Below, piece after piece: positions 1 through 10,161 of a stretch of DNA of 64,000 nt (positions within the stretch are counted from its first letter, which is position 1; every line of letters begins with the position of its first letter). The notes below the pieces were generated by a model. It was given only the letters and a program-made list of their open reading frames with translations, did not search any database and was not told where the DNA came from. The stretch is taken from NCBI GenBank assembly GCA_965216785.1, contig OZ244197.1:2464001-2528000 (forward strand), in the 5' to 3' direction. Position numbers and translations under genes: made by a program. This DNA comes from Thermodesulfobacteriota bacterium. GTDB taxonomy: Bacteria > Desulfobacterota_D > UBA1144 > Nemesobacterales > UBA2774.

Positions 1-36
1 GCGAATAATACAGCACATGAATAAGGAGAATTATTA

Positions 37-1692
37 ATGAGATTCTTTCTTTCAATAATCCTGAGCGTAATTTTTGTATCCGCACTAGCGTCTTGTAAAT
101 CCCAAGACAACGCTGCAGAAACGACCGCTACAGATAATACGGAGCAGACAAACAATACATCAGACTCAGAACCCGTTGACGGGGACTGGCTAATTTATCA
201 CCTGAACGCAGAGCCCGCGACACTGAATCCCATAACCGCGACCGACGCGTATGAGAGCCGCGTGAACTCGGGGAATATTTATGAGACCCTTATTGAAAGA
301 AACAATGAAACGCTCGAGATAGAGCCGCTTCTCGCCGAGTCATGGGAGATTTCAGAGGACAAGCTGACGTACACGTTTAAGCTAAGAGAAAACGTGAAGT
401 GGCAGGATGGCGAGCCTTTCACCTCTGAAGATGTGGTGTTCTCCTACAAAACTATCATGAACCCTAAAGTGGACGCCCCGCAGCTAAGGGCCTACTACCA
501 GGAGATCCGGGACGTAAAAGCAATTGACGATCACACGGTAAAGTTCACCTATGCGCGTCCTTATTTTCTGGCGCTTGAGTTCTGCGGTGGAATGCCCATC
601 GTGCCCAAGCATGTGTTTGCAGAAGGAGACTTCAACACCAACCCTGCGGGCAGAAGCCCTGTGGGCACGGGTCCATACAAATTTCTCAGGTGGACTACCG
701 GGCGCGAGATAGTGGTTGAAAAAAATCCTGACTATTGGGGGGAAAAACCAAAGCTTAACAGGATCGTATTTAGAATTATTACCGACTCTTCTGTATCGCT
801 GCAGGTATTAAAGCGCGAGGAGCTTGATGTATCGGGGCTTACGCCCATTCAGTGGGCGCGCCAAACGAGCTCAAAATCATTTGAAGAAAATTTCGACAAG
901 CTATCTTATTTTACTCCGAACTACAGCTATATTGGATGGAATCTGCGAAGACCTTACTTTTCGGACAAAGTGGTAAGGCAGGCGCTCACCCACCTGGTTA
1001 ACCGCGAGCTTATACTACAGCAGATACTCTTTGATCTGGGCGCCGTTGTTACAAACCCCTTTTATATAAACAGTCCTGAGTATGATAAGTCCATCGAGCC
1101 GTATCCCTACGACCCGAAAAAAGCCGCAGAGCTGCTCGATCAGGCCGGCTGGACGGACTCGAACGGAAACGGCATAAGGGATAAGGACGGGGTCGAGTTT
1201 AATTTCGAGTTTTTAATCCCGGCTGGCTCTGAGACCGGGGAGAAGATAGCGACCATATTAAAAGAAGAGCTGGATAAAACGGGCATCGGCATGGATATAA
1301 GAAAGATCGAATGGGCCGTATTCACCTCAAGGCTAATGGATAGAAAATTTGACGCCGTAACACTGGCCTGGTCTATGGGCGTTGAGTCAGATCCCTATCA
1401 GATATGGAGCTCGACTCAGGCGGAGAAAGGATCAAACTTCGTTGGGTTTGTAAACGAAGAGGCCGACAAGCTGATAGAAGCCGCGAGAAAAGAGTTTGAC
1501 CGGGATAAGCGCATAGAGATGTACCGCCGCTTCGCCGAGATAGTGCACGAGGAACAGCCCTATACATTTATGTTCTGCAATAAATCCACCGTAGCGGTGA
1601 ACAAACGTTTTGAGAATGTAGTCGTTTACCCCCTCGGTATAGACCCGCTTGAGTGGCATGTGCCGCTGCCGCTTCAACTGTATAGCGAATAG
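37..1692 (+). CDS. oppA: Peptide ABC transporter substrate-binding lipoprotein (OppA/DppA/AppA, SBP family 5)
   Basis: Lipobox ALASC; family-5 motif LAESWEISEDKLTYTFKLRENVKWQDG; PVGTGPYKF; SD AAGGAG; first gene of a five-gene ABC operon. Confidence 0.9.
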   Translation: MRFFLSIILSVIFVSALASCKSQDNAAETTATDNTEQTNNTSDSEPVDGDWLIYHLNAEPATLNPITATDAYESRVNSGNIYETLIERNNETLEIEPLLAESWEISEDKLTYTFKLRENVKWQDGEPFTSEDVVFSYKTIMNPKVDAPQLRAYYQEIRDVKAIDDHTVKFTYARPYFLALEFCGGMPIVPKHVFAEGDFNTNPAGRSPVGTGPYKFLRWTTGREIVVEKNPDYWGEKPKLNRIVFRIITDSSVSLQVLKREELDVSGLTPIQWARQTSSKSFEENFDKLSYFTPNYSYIGWNLRRPYFSDKVVRQALTHLVNRELILQQILFDLGAVVTNPFYINSPEYDKSIEPYPYDPKKAAELLDQAGWTDSNGNGIRDKDGVEFNFEFLIPAGSETGEKIATILKEELDKTGIGMDIRKIEWAVFTSRLMDRKFDAVTLAWSMGVESDPYQIWSSTQAEKGSNFVGFVNEEADKLIEAARKEFDRDKRIEMYRRFAEIVHEEQPYTFMFCNKSTVAVNKRFENVVVYPLGIDPLEWHVPLPLQLYSE

Positions 1693-1875
1693 CTGTTTTT
1701 CTGTTATTAGCGGTGAAGTGAAGCAATCTCATTGATTCGGGCATCAGAACCATTGTAGGCAATCTCAAACTATTTCTATCTACCATTTCATTTAATCTTA
1801 ATGATTGGGTATAAATTTATCTGTAAATACGGACGCTAATACCGTTGTAAATGCAGCACCTCAGTCTGCCAAATC

Positions 1876-2877
1876 ATGAGAGACTACATTATAAAGCGCC
1901 TTCTGCTGCTGATTCCCACAATGCTGGGCATTACGATTATTACGTTTGTGATAATCCAGCTGGCCCCGGGAAACCCGGTCGAAAGAAAGCTCCAGCTGGA
2001 CCAGGGCATACAGGCCGAAGCAATCACTCAGCAGATTATAGAGGAAACCAAGAAACTCTATGGTCTGGACAAGCCGATATACGAGCGTTACTGGATATGG
2101 GTAAAGCAGATATTCACGCTCGACTTCGGACGCTCCTATAAAGACCACCGCCCGGTGATTGATAAAATAGCGGAGCGAATACCAATAACGCTTGCGCTTA
2201 ACCTGATCTCTATATTTTTTATATACCTTATATCCATACCCGTTGGTGTCTGGTCCGCCGTAAAGCACGGCTCTCCTATTGAGAGGACTAATACGTTTTT
2301 CCTCTTTGTCCTGTATTCGATCCCGAGCTTCTGGATGGCGATGATCTTAATATTCTTTTTGGGGGGAGGGGAGTACTGGGACATCTTCCCCGTCTACGGC
2401 ATACTCTCGCCGGGGGCGGAAAACTATCCGTTCTTCCAAAAGGCGCTTAACTTCCTCTGGCACATAGTGCTTCCGGTTTTCTGTCTTACTTACGGTAGTC
2501 TTGCATATCTCTCAAGATTCCAGAAAGGGAGCCTGCTCGAAGTGCTCAGGGAAGACTACGTCCGTACGGCTGCGGCAAAGGGGCTTCCTAAATCAACTGT
2601 CATAATGAAACACGCGCTCCGTAACGCGTTAATCCCGATAATAACTATTCTCGCAGGCATACTGCCCGCGATGATCGGCGGGAGCGTCATTATAGAGAGT
2701 ATCTTCTCTATCCCCGGCATTGGACAGCTGGGGTTTGAATCGGTGCTTTCGCGCGACTATCCGGTAATCATGGCGATAGCCACCATATCGGCGTTCCTTA
2801 CCCTGATCGGGATTCTTATTTCGGATCTAGTGTACGTATTCATAGACCCCAGAATTAGCTTCGAGGCTAAAGAATGA
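1876..2877 (+). CDS. oppB: Peptide ABC transporter permease (OppB/DppB)
   Basis: YIIKRLLLLIPT N-terminus, EAA-like loop DYVRTAAAKGL, C-terminal DPRI. Confidence 0.9.
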   Translation: MRDYIIKRLLLLIPTMLGITIITFVIIQLAPGNPVERKLQLDQGIQAEAITQQIIEETKKLYGLDKPIYERYWIWVKQIFTLDFGRSYKDHRPVIDKIAERIPITLALNLISIFFIYLISIPVGVWSAVKHGSPIERTNTFFLFVLYSIPSFWMAMILIFFLGGGEYWDIFPVYGILSPGAENYPFFQKALNFLWHIVLPVFCLTYGSLAYLSRFQKGSLLEVLREDYVRTAAAKGLPKSTVIMKHALRNALIPIITILAGILPAMIGGSVIIESIFSIPGIGQLGFESVLSRDYPVIMAIATISAFLTLIGILISDLVYVFIDPRISFEAKE

Positions 2878-3872
2878 GCGAGCAAAAGAGTGTTGGATAT
2901 TGGGGTAGTGTGTGGAAAAAATTTAAGGGCGACAGGCTTGCTCTTACCGCGCTTATATTGATTTTCACACTGTTCGGTATCGCTATATTCCAGGACTTCC
3001 TCGCCGGGAACCAGCCTATCGTTCTAAAATACGAAGGTAAGTACTATTTCCCTGTGCTGATTAGGTATAACGAATTTTTCGGCACCGATTTTAAGAAGCT
3101 GGACGAGAACCTCCCCGCTGGGGACTTCGCCGTATTCCCTCCCGTACCCTACAGTCCTACGGAAAATAATCTGCTGTCAATTCTGACCCCTCCTTCAAAG
3201 GCTCATCTGTTCGGAACTGACGACAGGGGACGCGACGTGCTGAGCAGAATGATACACGGGACGAGGATATCGCTCTCTATCGGTTTTGTCGCGGTAGGAA
3301 TAGCCGCGATAATAGGAATTATTCTCGGAGGCATTGCGGGTTATTACGGAGGGACTATAGACTTTATCATCTCGAGACTGTTTGAGGTGATGATGACGTT
3401 CCCAGTGTTCTTTTTGATTCTGACAATACTGGCGTTTAGGGACCCGAGTATATATAACATTATGATCGTCTTAGGAGCTACCGGATGGACCGGTATAGCC
3501 AGGCTCATCCGAGGGGAATTCTTAAAGCTCCGAAAGTTTGAGTACGTAGAGGCTGCGGTGGCGCTTGGCGGAACGGACTCGCGCGTGATGATGAAGCATA
3601 TGCTCCCTAACTCACTCGCGCCCGTGCTCGTTGACGCAACGTTTGGTGTGGCGGGAGCGATACTCGTGGAATCGGCGCTCAGCTTTTTAGGGTTCGGAGT
3701 GCCGCCCCCCGACCCGAGCTGGGGGGATGTGCTCTCTCAGTCTCAGCGTTATGTGGATTTCGCGTGGTGGCTTGTTCTATTTCCCGGTGCGGCTATATTT
3801 TTAACCGTTACGTCGTTTAACCTCGTGGGAGAAGGTTTCCGTAACGCAATAGACCCCAAATTTAGGGGGTAA
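2874..3872 (+). CDS. oppC: Peptide ABC transporter permease (OppC/DppC)
   Basis: HLFGTDDRGRDVLSR, EYVEAAVALG, GEGFRNAIDPK; ATGA overlap with oppB. Confidence 0.9.
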   Translation: MSEQKSVGYWGSVWKKFKGDRLALTALILIFTLFGIAIFQDFLAGNQPIVLKYEGKYYFPVLIRYNEFFGTDFKKLDENLPAGDFAVFPPVPYSPTENNLLSILTPPSKAHLFGTDDRGRDVLSRMIHGTRISLSIGFVAVGIAAIIGIILGGIAGYYGGTIDFIISRLFEVMMTFPVFFLILTILAFRDPSIYNIMIVLGATGWTGIARLIRGEFLKLRKFEYVEAAVALGGTDSRVMMKHMLPNSLAPVLVDATFGVAGAILVESALSFLGFGVPPPDPSWGDVLSQSQRYVDFAWWLVLFPGAAIFLTVTSFNLVGEGFRNAIDPKFRG

Positions 3873-3890
3873 ATATTATAAGAGAATATC

Positions 3891-4874
3891 ATGGCAGATG
3901 CCCTACAGATTAAAGATTTAAGAATCTCTTTCGAATCGGAGAAAAAGAAAGTAGAGGTCGTAAGCGGCATCTCACTTACCGTCCCGCAAGGGAAAATAGT
4001 GGGCGTCGTAGGAGAGAGCGGCTGCGGCAAGACAGTTACGGCGCTCTCTGTAATGAGGCTGATTCCCGAGCCGCCCGGCAGTATTGACGGGGGCAATATA
4101 ATATTTGACGGCGGCGATCTTTTGAGCTACTCGGACCGCGATATGAGAGCCGTTAGAGGAAACAGAATATCCATGATATTTCAGGAGCCTATAAGCTCGC
4201 TCAACCCGGTATTCACCGTAGGCGATCAGATAGGAGAAGCTCTCAAAACACATACAAAGCTATCAAACAGTGAAATAAAAGAAAGGGTAATAGAGTTATT
4301 GAACCTTGTAGGCATCCCCTCGCCGGAGCGCAGGATGAAGAACTATCCGCACGAGATGTCGGGAGGTATGTCGCAGAGGGTTATGATAGCTATGGCGCTT
4401 TCCTGCAGCCCCGAGGTGCTGATAGCGGACGAGCCGACGACAGCGCTCGACGTTACCATTCAGGCCGGAATACTGGAGCTCATAGAAGACCTGAGAGCAA
4501 AGATGGGCATGGCAGTGCTCCTCATTACCCACGACCTGGGCATCATAGCCGAAGTTGCCGACGAAGTATATGTCATGTACGCGGGCAAGGTGGTGGAGCA
4601 CGCCGATACGCATGATCTATTCGCGCGCCCGAAGCATCCGTACACCGTAGGGCTGCTTAATTCGATACCCGATTTAAGAGAGAGTAAAGAGGAGCTTGAC
4701 GCGATACCCGGTGTCGTGCCATCTCCGGGGAGTTACCCCTCGGGATGCAGGTTCCAGGACCGCTGCCCCATGGTAATAGACAGGTGCAAGGCACAAGAGC
4801 CGCCATTGACGGAGGTGGGCACGAGGCACTACTCCGCGTGTTTCAGAGCGCAAGAGGTAAGGTTAAAGGACTAA
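3891..4874 (+). CDS. oppD: Peptide ABC transporter ATPase (OppD/DppD)
   Basis: Walker A GESGCGKT, signature [14 protein letters not shown]-terminal Cys-containing oligo_HPY domain. Confidence 0.92.
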   Translation: MADALQIKDLRISFESEKKKVEVVSGISLTVPQGKIVGVVGESGCGKTVTALSVMRLIPEPPGSIDGGNIIFDGGDLLSYSDRDMRAVRGNRISMIFQEPISSLNPVFTVGDQIGEALKTHTKLSNSEIKERVIELLNLVGIPSPERRMKNYPHEMSGGMSQRVMIAMALSCSPEVLIADEPTTALDVTIQAGILELIEDLRAKMGMAVLLITHDLGIIAEVADEVYVMYAGKVVEHADTHDLFARPKHPYTVGLLNSIPDLRESKEELDAIPGVVPSPGSYPSGCRFQDRCPMVIDRCKAQEPPLTEVGTRHYSACFRAQEVRLKD

Positions 4875-4876
4875 GC

Positions 4877-5845
4877 ATGTCAGTAAAAGAACTTTTAAAA
4901 GTAGAAAAGCTAAAGAAATACTTCCCTGTTAAGTCAGGTGTATTTTCAACGACAAGTAATTTTGTTAAGGCCGTAGACGGCATAGACCTCTCGGTCGGCG
5001 AAGGCGAGACGCTCGGGCTTGTAGGAGAGAGCGGCTGCGGCAAGACAACGCTTGGAAAAACCATCTTGAAACTGCTTGAGCCCTCTGAGGGCGAGATTTA
5101 TTTTGAAGACAGAGACATCACCCATCTCTCTCCCTCAAATATGAGACCGTTTCGAAAAGAAATGCAGATAGTGTTCCAGGACCCTTACGGCTCGCTCAAC
5201 CCCAGGATGAAGGTAGAGAGCATAGTGTCGGAAGGGCTCATAATCCATGATATGGCTTCTAAGAACGAAAGGCGGGACATAATCAAGGAGCTTTTAAACA
5301 CGGTAGGGCTGAGGGAAGACGCGCTTGCCCGCTACCCCCACGAGTTCTCCGGTGGTCAGCGCCAAAGGATCGCTATCGCAAGAGCGCTCGCCTTGAAACC
5401 CAAATTCATAGTATGTGATGAGCCTATCTCCGCCTTGGATGTTTCTGTGCAGGCTCAGATAATTAACCTTTTTATCGAGCTTCAGGAAAAATTTAAGCTC
5501 ACATATCTATTTATATCCCATGATTTAAGAGTGGTAAGACACATCAGCGACCGTGTGGCTGTGATGTATCTTGGAAAAATAGTTGAGCTTTCAGCAAGTA
5601 AAGAGCTCTATAAAAACCCTCTTCATCCCTATACCAAGATACTTATTTCATCAGTGCCGATCGCGAACCCGGAGAAGAAAAGAGAGTCTAGCGTGCTGAA
5701 GGGAGACGTGCCAAGCCCCATAAACCCGCCCTCGGGCTGCAGCTTTCACCCCAGGTGTCCGATAGCTGTTGAAAAGTGCAAAACACACGAGCCCGAGCTA
5801 AGAGATCTGGGCTCCGGGCATTTCGTTTCATGCCACCTCGTTTGA
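4877..5845 (+). CDS. oppF: Peptide ABC transporter ATPase (OppF/DppF)
   Basis: [28 protein letters not shown]; start moved to ATG 4877 (MSVKELL), just after the oppD stop. Confidence 0.92.
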   Translation: MSVKELLKVEKLKKYFPVKSGVFSTTSNFVKAVDGIDLSVGEGETLGLVGESGCGKTTLGKTILKLLEPSEGEIYFEDRDITHLSPSNMRPFRKEMQIVFQDPYGSLNPRMKVESIVSEGLIIHDMASKNERRDIIKELLNTVGLREDALARYPHEFSGGQRQRIAIARALALKPKFIVCDEPISALDVSVQAQIINLFIELQEKFKLTYLFISHDLRVVRHISDRVAVMYLGKIVELSASKELYKNPLHPYTKILISSVPIANPEKKRESSVLKGDVPSPINPPSGCSFHPRCPIAVEKCKTHEPELRDLGSGHFVSCHLV

Positions 5846-5946
5846 CGCGTAAATTTAAACTTGCAAACCGGCAATCTTGTATTATTATTAAAAGCCGTTA
5901 TTTTAGAAGGGTAAGCAATAATTATTCGTGAATATTTCTCAGGAAA

Positions 5947-6462
5947 ATGAAAGTTCGAGTTTCAGATATTAGTGAAAATGGTATACACCTGGAGACATTT
6001 GAGAATTCCGAATGGCTCGTGAACGTTCCTGAGCTTTCAAACGGGGATAAGAACACTAAGCTTACCTCAAGGTTTGACATCGACTTACAACTGAATAAAG
6101 TTCTAAGGGAAGTTACGGTGTCAGGCAATGTGGCGTTTTCGATCGAAGCCCCTTGTTCCAGGTGCCTTAAGACAGTAAAGCTCGATCTGAAACCGGAAGT
6201 TAACCTTGTCCTTACTCCAGAAGAGAGTACGGGTGAGGAAGATGAGGACATAAACCACGAGACTTATGTCGGTGACGAAGTGGATATAAGCGACTATATT
6301 AGAGAGCAGATTGCAATGTCGCTCCCCTTCAAGGTAGTATGCTCGGAAACATGCAAGGGCCTGTGCCCAAGCTGCGGAATTAATTTGAACGATGAAAAGT
6401 GCGAGTGCGATAGTCATAAGATAGACCCCAGGCTTGAAGTGCTCAAGAACTTGAAAATTTAG
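5947..6462 (+). CDS. yceD: YceD/DUF177 family protein
   Basis: CSRCL, CSETCKGLCPSCG and DPRL motifs; conserved position upstream of rpmF. Confidence 0.88.
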   Translation: MKVRVSDISENGIHLETFENSEWLVNVPELSNGDKNTKLTSRFDIDLQLNKVLREVTVSGNVAFSIEAPCSRCLKTVKLDLKPEVNLVLTPEESTGEEDEDINHETYVGDEVDISDYIREQIAMSLPFKVVCSETCKGLCPSCGINLNDEKCECDSHKIDPRLEVLKNLKI

Positions 6463-6484
6463 GATTGAAAGGGAGAATATACAA

Positions 6485-6679
6485 ATGGCGCTTCCCAAGA
6501 GAAAACACTCAAAATCAAGAAGCAGAAAAAGAAGGACCCATTACAAGATGAGCCGTCCCGGCCTGTCGACGTGCCAGAACTGCGGTGAGCACAAGTCGCC
6601 CCACAGAGTATGCCCGAGCTGCGGGTTCTACAAGGGAAGGACTTTCGTAAGAGAACAAGAGCAGGAAGAGCTTTCATAA
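6485..6679 (+). CDS. rpmF: 50S ribosomal protein L32 (Zn-binding form)
   Basis: MALPKRKHSKSR, CQNC...HRVCPSCGFY. Confidence 0.97.
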   Translation: MALPKRKHSKSRSRKRRTHYKMSRPGLSTCQNCGEHKSPHRVCPSCGFYKGRTFVREQEQEELS

Positions 6680-6743
6680 GGTAATATCTTACGATTCAAG
6701 GATTATTGTTCCCCAAGAATTTTTGTACAAGGATAGTTATTCT

Positions 6744-7670
6744 ATGATTGCATTCGTATTCCCCGGACAGGGTTCCCAGTATGTGGGAATGGGAAATGAG
6801 CTATACAATGAATTCACCGCCGCAAAAGAAGTTTTTGACGAGGCTGGTGAAGTGCTTGGCTTTGATCTTGCGGCCCTTTGCTTTGAGGGCGAGCAAGAAG
6901 AGCTATCTCTCACATATAACGCCCAGCCTGCGCTCCTGACTACAAGCATTGCCGCGCTTAGGGTGCTTGAGCAAGAGTCCGAGGTCAGACCAGATTTCGT
7001 TGCGGGACATAGCTTGGGTGAATATTCGGCCCTTGTCGCTAACGGTTCTATGACGCTTAAAGACGCTGTACATGTAGTAAGAAAAAGAGGAGAGTTCATG
7101 CAGGAAGCGGTCCCTGTGGGAATTGGCGCTATGGCGGCTGTTCTGGGTCAGGATATAGAGCAGGTGGAAGAGATCTGCAGACAGGTATCCGACAACTCCC
7201 ACATTGCGAGCCCGGCGAACCTGAACGCTCCCGGACAGGTGGTGATTTCGGGAAACAAAGAAGCTGTAGAGAAAGCCTCTGAGATCGCGAAATCAAACGG
7301 AGCGAAAAGGGTTGTTCCTTTAGATGTAAGCGCCCCGTTTCACTGCTCTCTTATGGAGCCCGCCGCAAAGAGACTGGCAGAAGTGCTTAGCGGCGTAGAG
7401 TTTAGCGCCATGAGCGCCCCTGTTGTTTCAAACTGCACGGCAACAGTGACCGAGGACCCGTCTTTACTTAGAGGACTTTTGATAGAGCAGGTGACAAGCC
7501 CAGTCAGGTGGCATGAATCCGTTCAGACACTCTATGGACTAGGTGTTAAGGACTACTTTGAGGTCGGCCCTAAAAACGTATTATCCGGACTAATAAAAAG
7601 AACATTGTCAGACGTATCAACAAATAATTTTGAAAAGACGGCACAATTGGAGTCCATACGAAATGACTGA
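6744..7670 (+). CDS. fabD: Malonyl-CoA:ACP transacylase
   Basis: FPGQGSQ, GHSLGEY, SAPFHC; ATG 6744 preferred over TTG 6723. Confidence 0.95.
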   Translation: MIAFVFPGQGSQYVGMGNELYNEFTAAKEVFDEAGEVLGFDLAALCFEGEQEELSLTYNAQPALLTTSIAALRVLEQESEVRPDFVAGHSLGEYSALVANGSMTLKDAVHVVRKRGEFMQEAVPVGIGAMAAVLGQDIEQVEEICRQVSDNSHIASPANLNAPGQVVISGNKEAVEKASEIAKSNGAKRVVPLDVSAPFHCSLMEPAAKRLAEVLSGVEFSAMSAPVVSNCTATVTEDPSLLRGLLIEQVTSPVRWHESVQTLYGLGVKDYFEVGPKNVLSGLIKRTLSDVSTNNFEKTAQLESIRND

Positions 7671-8409
7671 AACAAAAGCTAAGATAGCTCTGGTAACCGG
7701 CGGATCTAGAGGCATAGGACGCTCTATAGCGGAGAGGCTCGCAAGCGAAGGATTTTACGTTGTTATAAACTACGTGAGCAACGAATCAGCTGCAAAAGAC
7801 GTACTTTCAGCGATTGAAAGCGCTGGAGGAAAAGGACAAATCGCGCCTTTTGACGTATCTGATTTTGACGCAACGCAAAAAGCCGTGGAAGATATTGTTG
7901 AAGAGCTCGGCGGACTCCATATACTTATCAATAACGCCGGCATCACCCAGGATACTCTTTTAATGAGAATGAAAGAGGAAGACTGGACTAACGTAATATC
8001 AATAAACCTAAATGGTGTGTTTAACTGCACTAAAGCAGTTACGCGTATTATGATTAAACAGCGCTACGGCAGAATAATAAACCTTACATCCGTAGTAGGT
8101 GAGATGGGCAATTCGGGCCAGACAAATTACGCTGCCTCAAAAGCAGGTATAATCGGCTTCACAAAAGCGGCGGCAAGAGAACTTGCGTCTCGCTCGGTTA
8201 CTGTTAACGCGGTGAGCCCGGGTTTTATAGAAACGGATATCACAATGGCGCTCACTGATGAAATAAGAAAAAGTTATATAGAAAAAATACCGCTCGGCAG
8301 ATTCGGATCAACCGAAGATATCACCGGAGTAGTGGCTTTTTTGACTTCTGATGAAGCTTCATACATCACAGGTGAGGTGATCAGGGTTAACGGCGGAATA
8401 TACACATAA
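7663..8409 (+). CDS. fabG: 3-oxoacyl-ACP reductase
   Basis: TGGSRGIG, NNAGIT, YAASK; ATG 7663 preceded by GGAG. Confidence 0.95.
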   Translation: MTETKAKIALVTGGSRGIGRSIAERLASEGFYVVINYVSNESAAKDVLSAIESAGGKGQIAPFDVSDFDATQKAVEDIVEELGGLHILINNAGITQDTLLMRMKEEDWTNVISINLNGVFNCTKAVTRIMIKQRYGRIINLTSVVGEMGNSGQTNYAASKAGIIGFTKAAARELASRSVTVNAVSPGFIETDITMALTDEIRKSYIEKIPLGRFGSTEDITGVVAFLTSDEASYITGEVIRVNGGIYT

Positions 8410-8430
8410 TAGATAAGGAGGTATTAACAA

Positions 8431-8676
8431 ATGGCAGATGAAAAAGAGATTCTTGCTAAAGTAAAAGAAATGGTTGCCGGACAATTAGGGAAATCAGAGG
8501 ACGAGATAAATCCCGAGTCTTCATTTATAGAAGACCTGGGAGCTGACTCACTTGACTTGGTTGAGCTCATTATGTCCATGGAAGACGAGTTTGGTCTCGA
8601 GATTTCAGACGAAGACGCTGAATCGATCATAACAGTACAAGACGCAATTAACTTTATCGGAGAGCGCAAAAAATAA
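8431..8676 (+). CDS. acpP: Acyl carrier protein
   Basis: DLGADSLD phosphopantetheine site; SD AAGGAGG. Confidence 0.97.
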   Translation: MADEKEILAKVKEMVAGQLGKSEDEINPESSFIEDLGADSLDLVELIMSMEDEFGLEISDEDAESIITVQDAINFIGERKK

Positions 8677-9908
8677 TGGAAAGAAGAGTAGTGGTTACTG
8701 GGATAGGTCTCATAACCCCCGTCGGCATTGGAAATAAGGAGAGCTGGGAAGGTGTTCTAAACGGACGCTCAGGAGTGAATACTATTGAGCGTTTCGATCC
8801 TTCAGCCCTCAAGACACAGATAGCCGGCGAAGTAAAGGGTTTTAACCCTGAGCTATATATGCCCGCCAAGGAAGCCAGGAAAACGGATATTTTCATACAC
8901 TATGCCGTTTCCGGCACTAAAATGGCTCTTGAAGACGCGGGACTTGAAATTACAGACGACATCTCAGAGCGCACGGGCACCGTCATAGGAACTGGCATCG
9001 GAGGTATGGAAACATACGTTAACACCGTTCTCATGATGGAGAAAAGGGGACCGGACCGCCTCTCGCCTTTCTTCATCCCCAACATTATTACCAACATGGC
9101 CGCAGGTTATGTCTCTATAATGTACAACGCCAAAGGACCCAACTGCGCTACCACCACTGCTTGCGCGGCAAGCGCCCACGCCATCGACTACTCTGCTATG
9201 TCAATCAGAAGGGGCGAAGCGGACATTATGATTACAGGCGGGACCGAAGCTCCTCTTGTCCCGCTAACTATAGCCGGATTTAACGCAATGAGGGCGCTTT
9301 CGACCAATAACGATGACCCGCAGGGCGCCTCGAGGCCCTTTGACAAAGAAAGGGACGGATTCATCATAGGAGAAGGCTCCGGAATCCTTATACTGGAAGA
9401 GCTTGAATTCGCGAAGAAAAGGGGGGCAAGGATCTACGCCGAACTGCTTGGCTGCGGAATGAGCTCTGACGCAAGCCACATTACCGCACCGTCGCTCGAA
9501 GGCCCGGTTAAGTCTATGAAAGACGCAGTTAAAGACGCCGGGATAACCCCTGAAGAAATTGACTACATTAACGCTCACGGCACTTCGACGCAGCTAAACG
9601 ACGCCAATGAGACCGCGGGGATAAAACAAGTCCTGGGAGACCATGCTTATAAAACCCCCGTAAGCTCGACTAAGTCGATGACGGGCCACATGCTCGGAGC
9701 CGCGGGCGGAGTGGAAGCGGCATTTTCAATTCTAGCCCTTAATGACGGTGTAATTCCCCCGACAATCAACCTCCACAATCCCGATCCTGATTGCGACCTC
9801 GATTACGTGCCTCACGAAGCGAGACAAGCCCCTATTAAAACCGTTCTCAGTAACTCATTTGGGTTCGGAGGCACGAACGGCTCTCTCATTTTCAGAAAAT
9901 ACGAATAG
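8676..9908 (+). CDS. fabF: Beta-ketoacyl-ACP synthase II
   Basis: RRVVVTGIG, TACA, NAHGTST, GHMLGAAG, NSFGFGG. Confidence 0.95.
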   Translation: MERRVVVTGIGLITPVGIGNKESWEGVLNGRSGVNTIERFDPSALKTQIAGEVKGFNPELYMPAKEARKTDIFIHYAVSGTKMALEDAGLEITDDISERTGTVIGTGIGGMETYVNTVLMMEKRGPDRLSPFFIPNIITNMAAGYVSIMYNAKGPNCATTTACAASAHAIDYSAMSIRRGEADIMITGGTEAPLVPLTIAGFNAMRALSTNNDDPQGASRPFDKERDGFIIGEGSGILILEELEFAKKRGARIYAELLGCGMSSDASHITAPSLEGPVKSMKDAVKDAGITPEEIDYINAHGTSTQLNDANETAGIKQVLGDHAYKTPVSSTKSMTGHMLGAAGGVEAAFSILALNDGVIPPTINLHNPDPDCDLDYVPHEARQAPIKTVLSNSFGFGGTNGSLIFRKYE

Positions 9909-10161
9909 AAAGCCTCTAATATTCAGCAGTGATAAAACTACAGCCGCCTCCGGTCCAGCCCCTCGTTTTTAACGATTTCATCTTCATTACCAGTCTTAAC
10001 CGAGACAAACTCGGTGCGGATGCATACGCTTCTTCCCGCGTTTTTAATCCACAATACCAAATCTTCTATATTACATCCTGAAAATCCTTGCTTCTTTAAG
10101 AATTAAGAGTAAAATAATGCGGGTTTAACCTCCCTTTTTACTATAAGCTAAGGAGATAGGA

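Noticed and set aside
1700-1770. GAAGCAATCTC/GGCAATCTC short repeats after oppA as a REP element or sRNA
   Set aside because: Only ~8-9 nt match and there is no clear hairpin
4745-4876. Extended N-termini given by the ORF track (oppF, and likewise fabG, sdhB, grpE, the sulfur carrier, cdsA and the 61.7-kb lipoprotein)
   Set aside because: Downstream ATGs fit SD positions, operon junctions or family N-termini better
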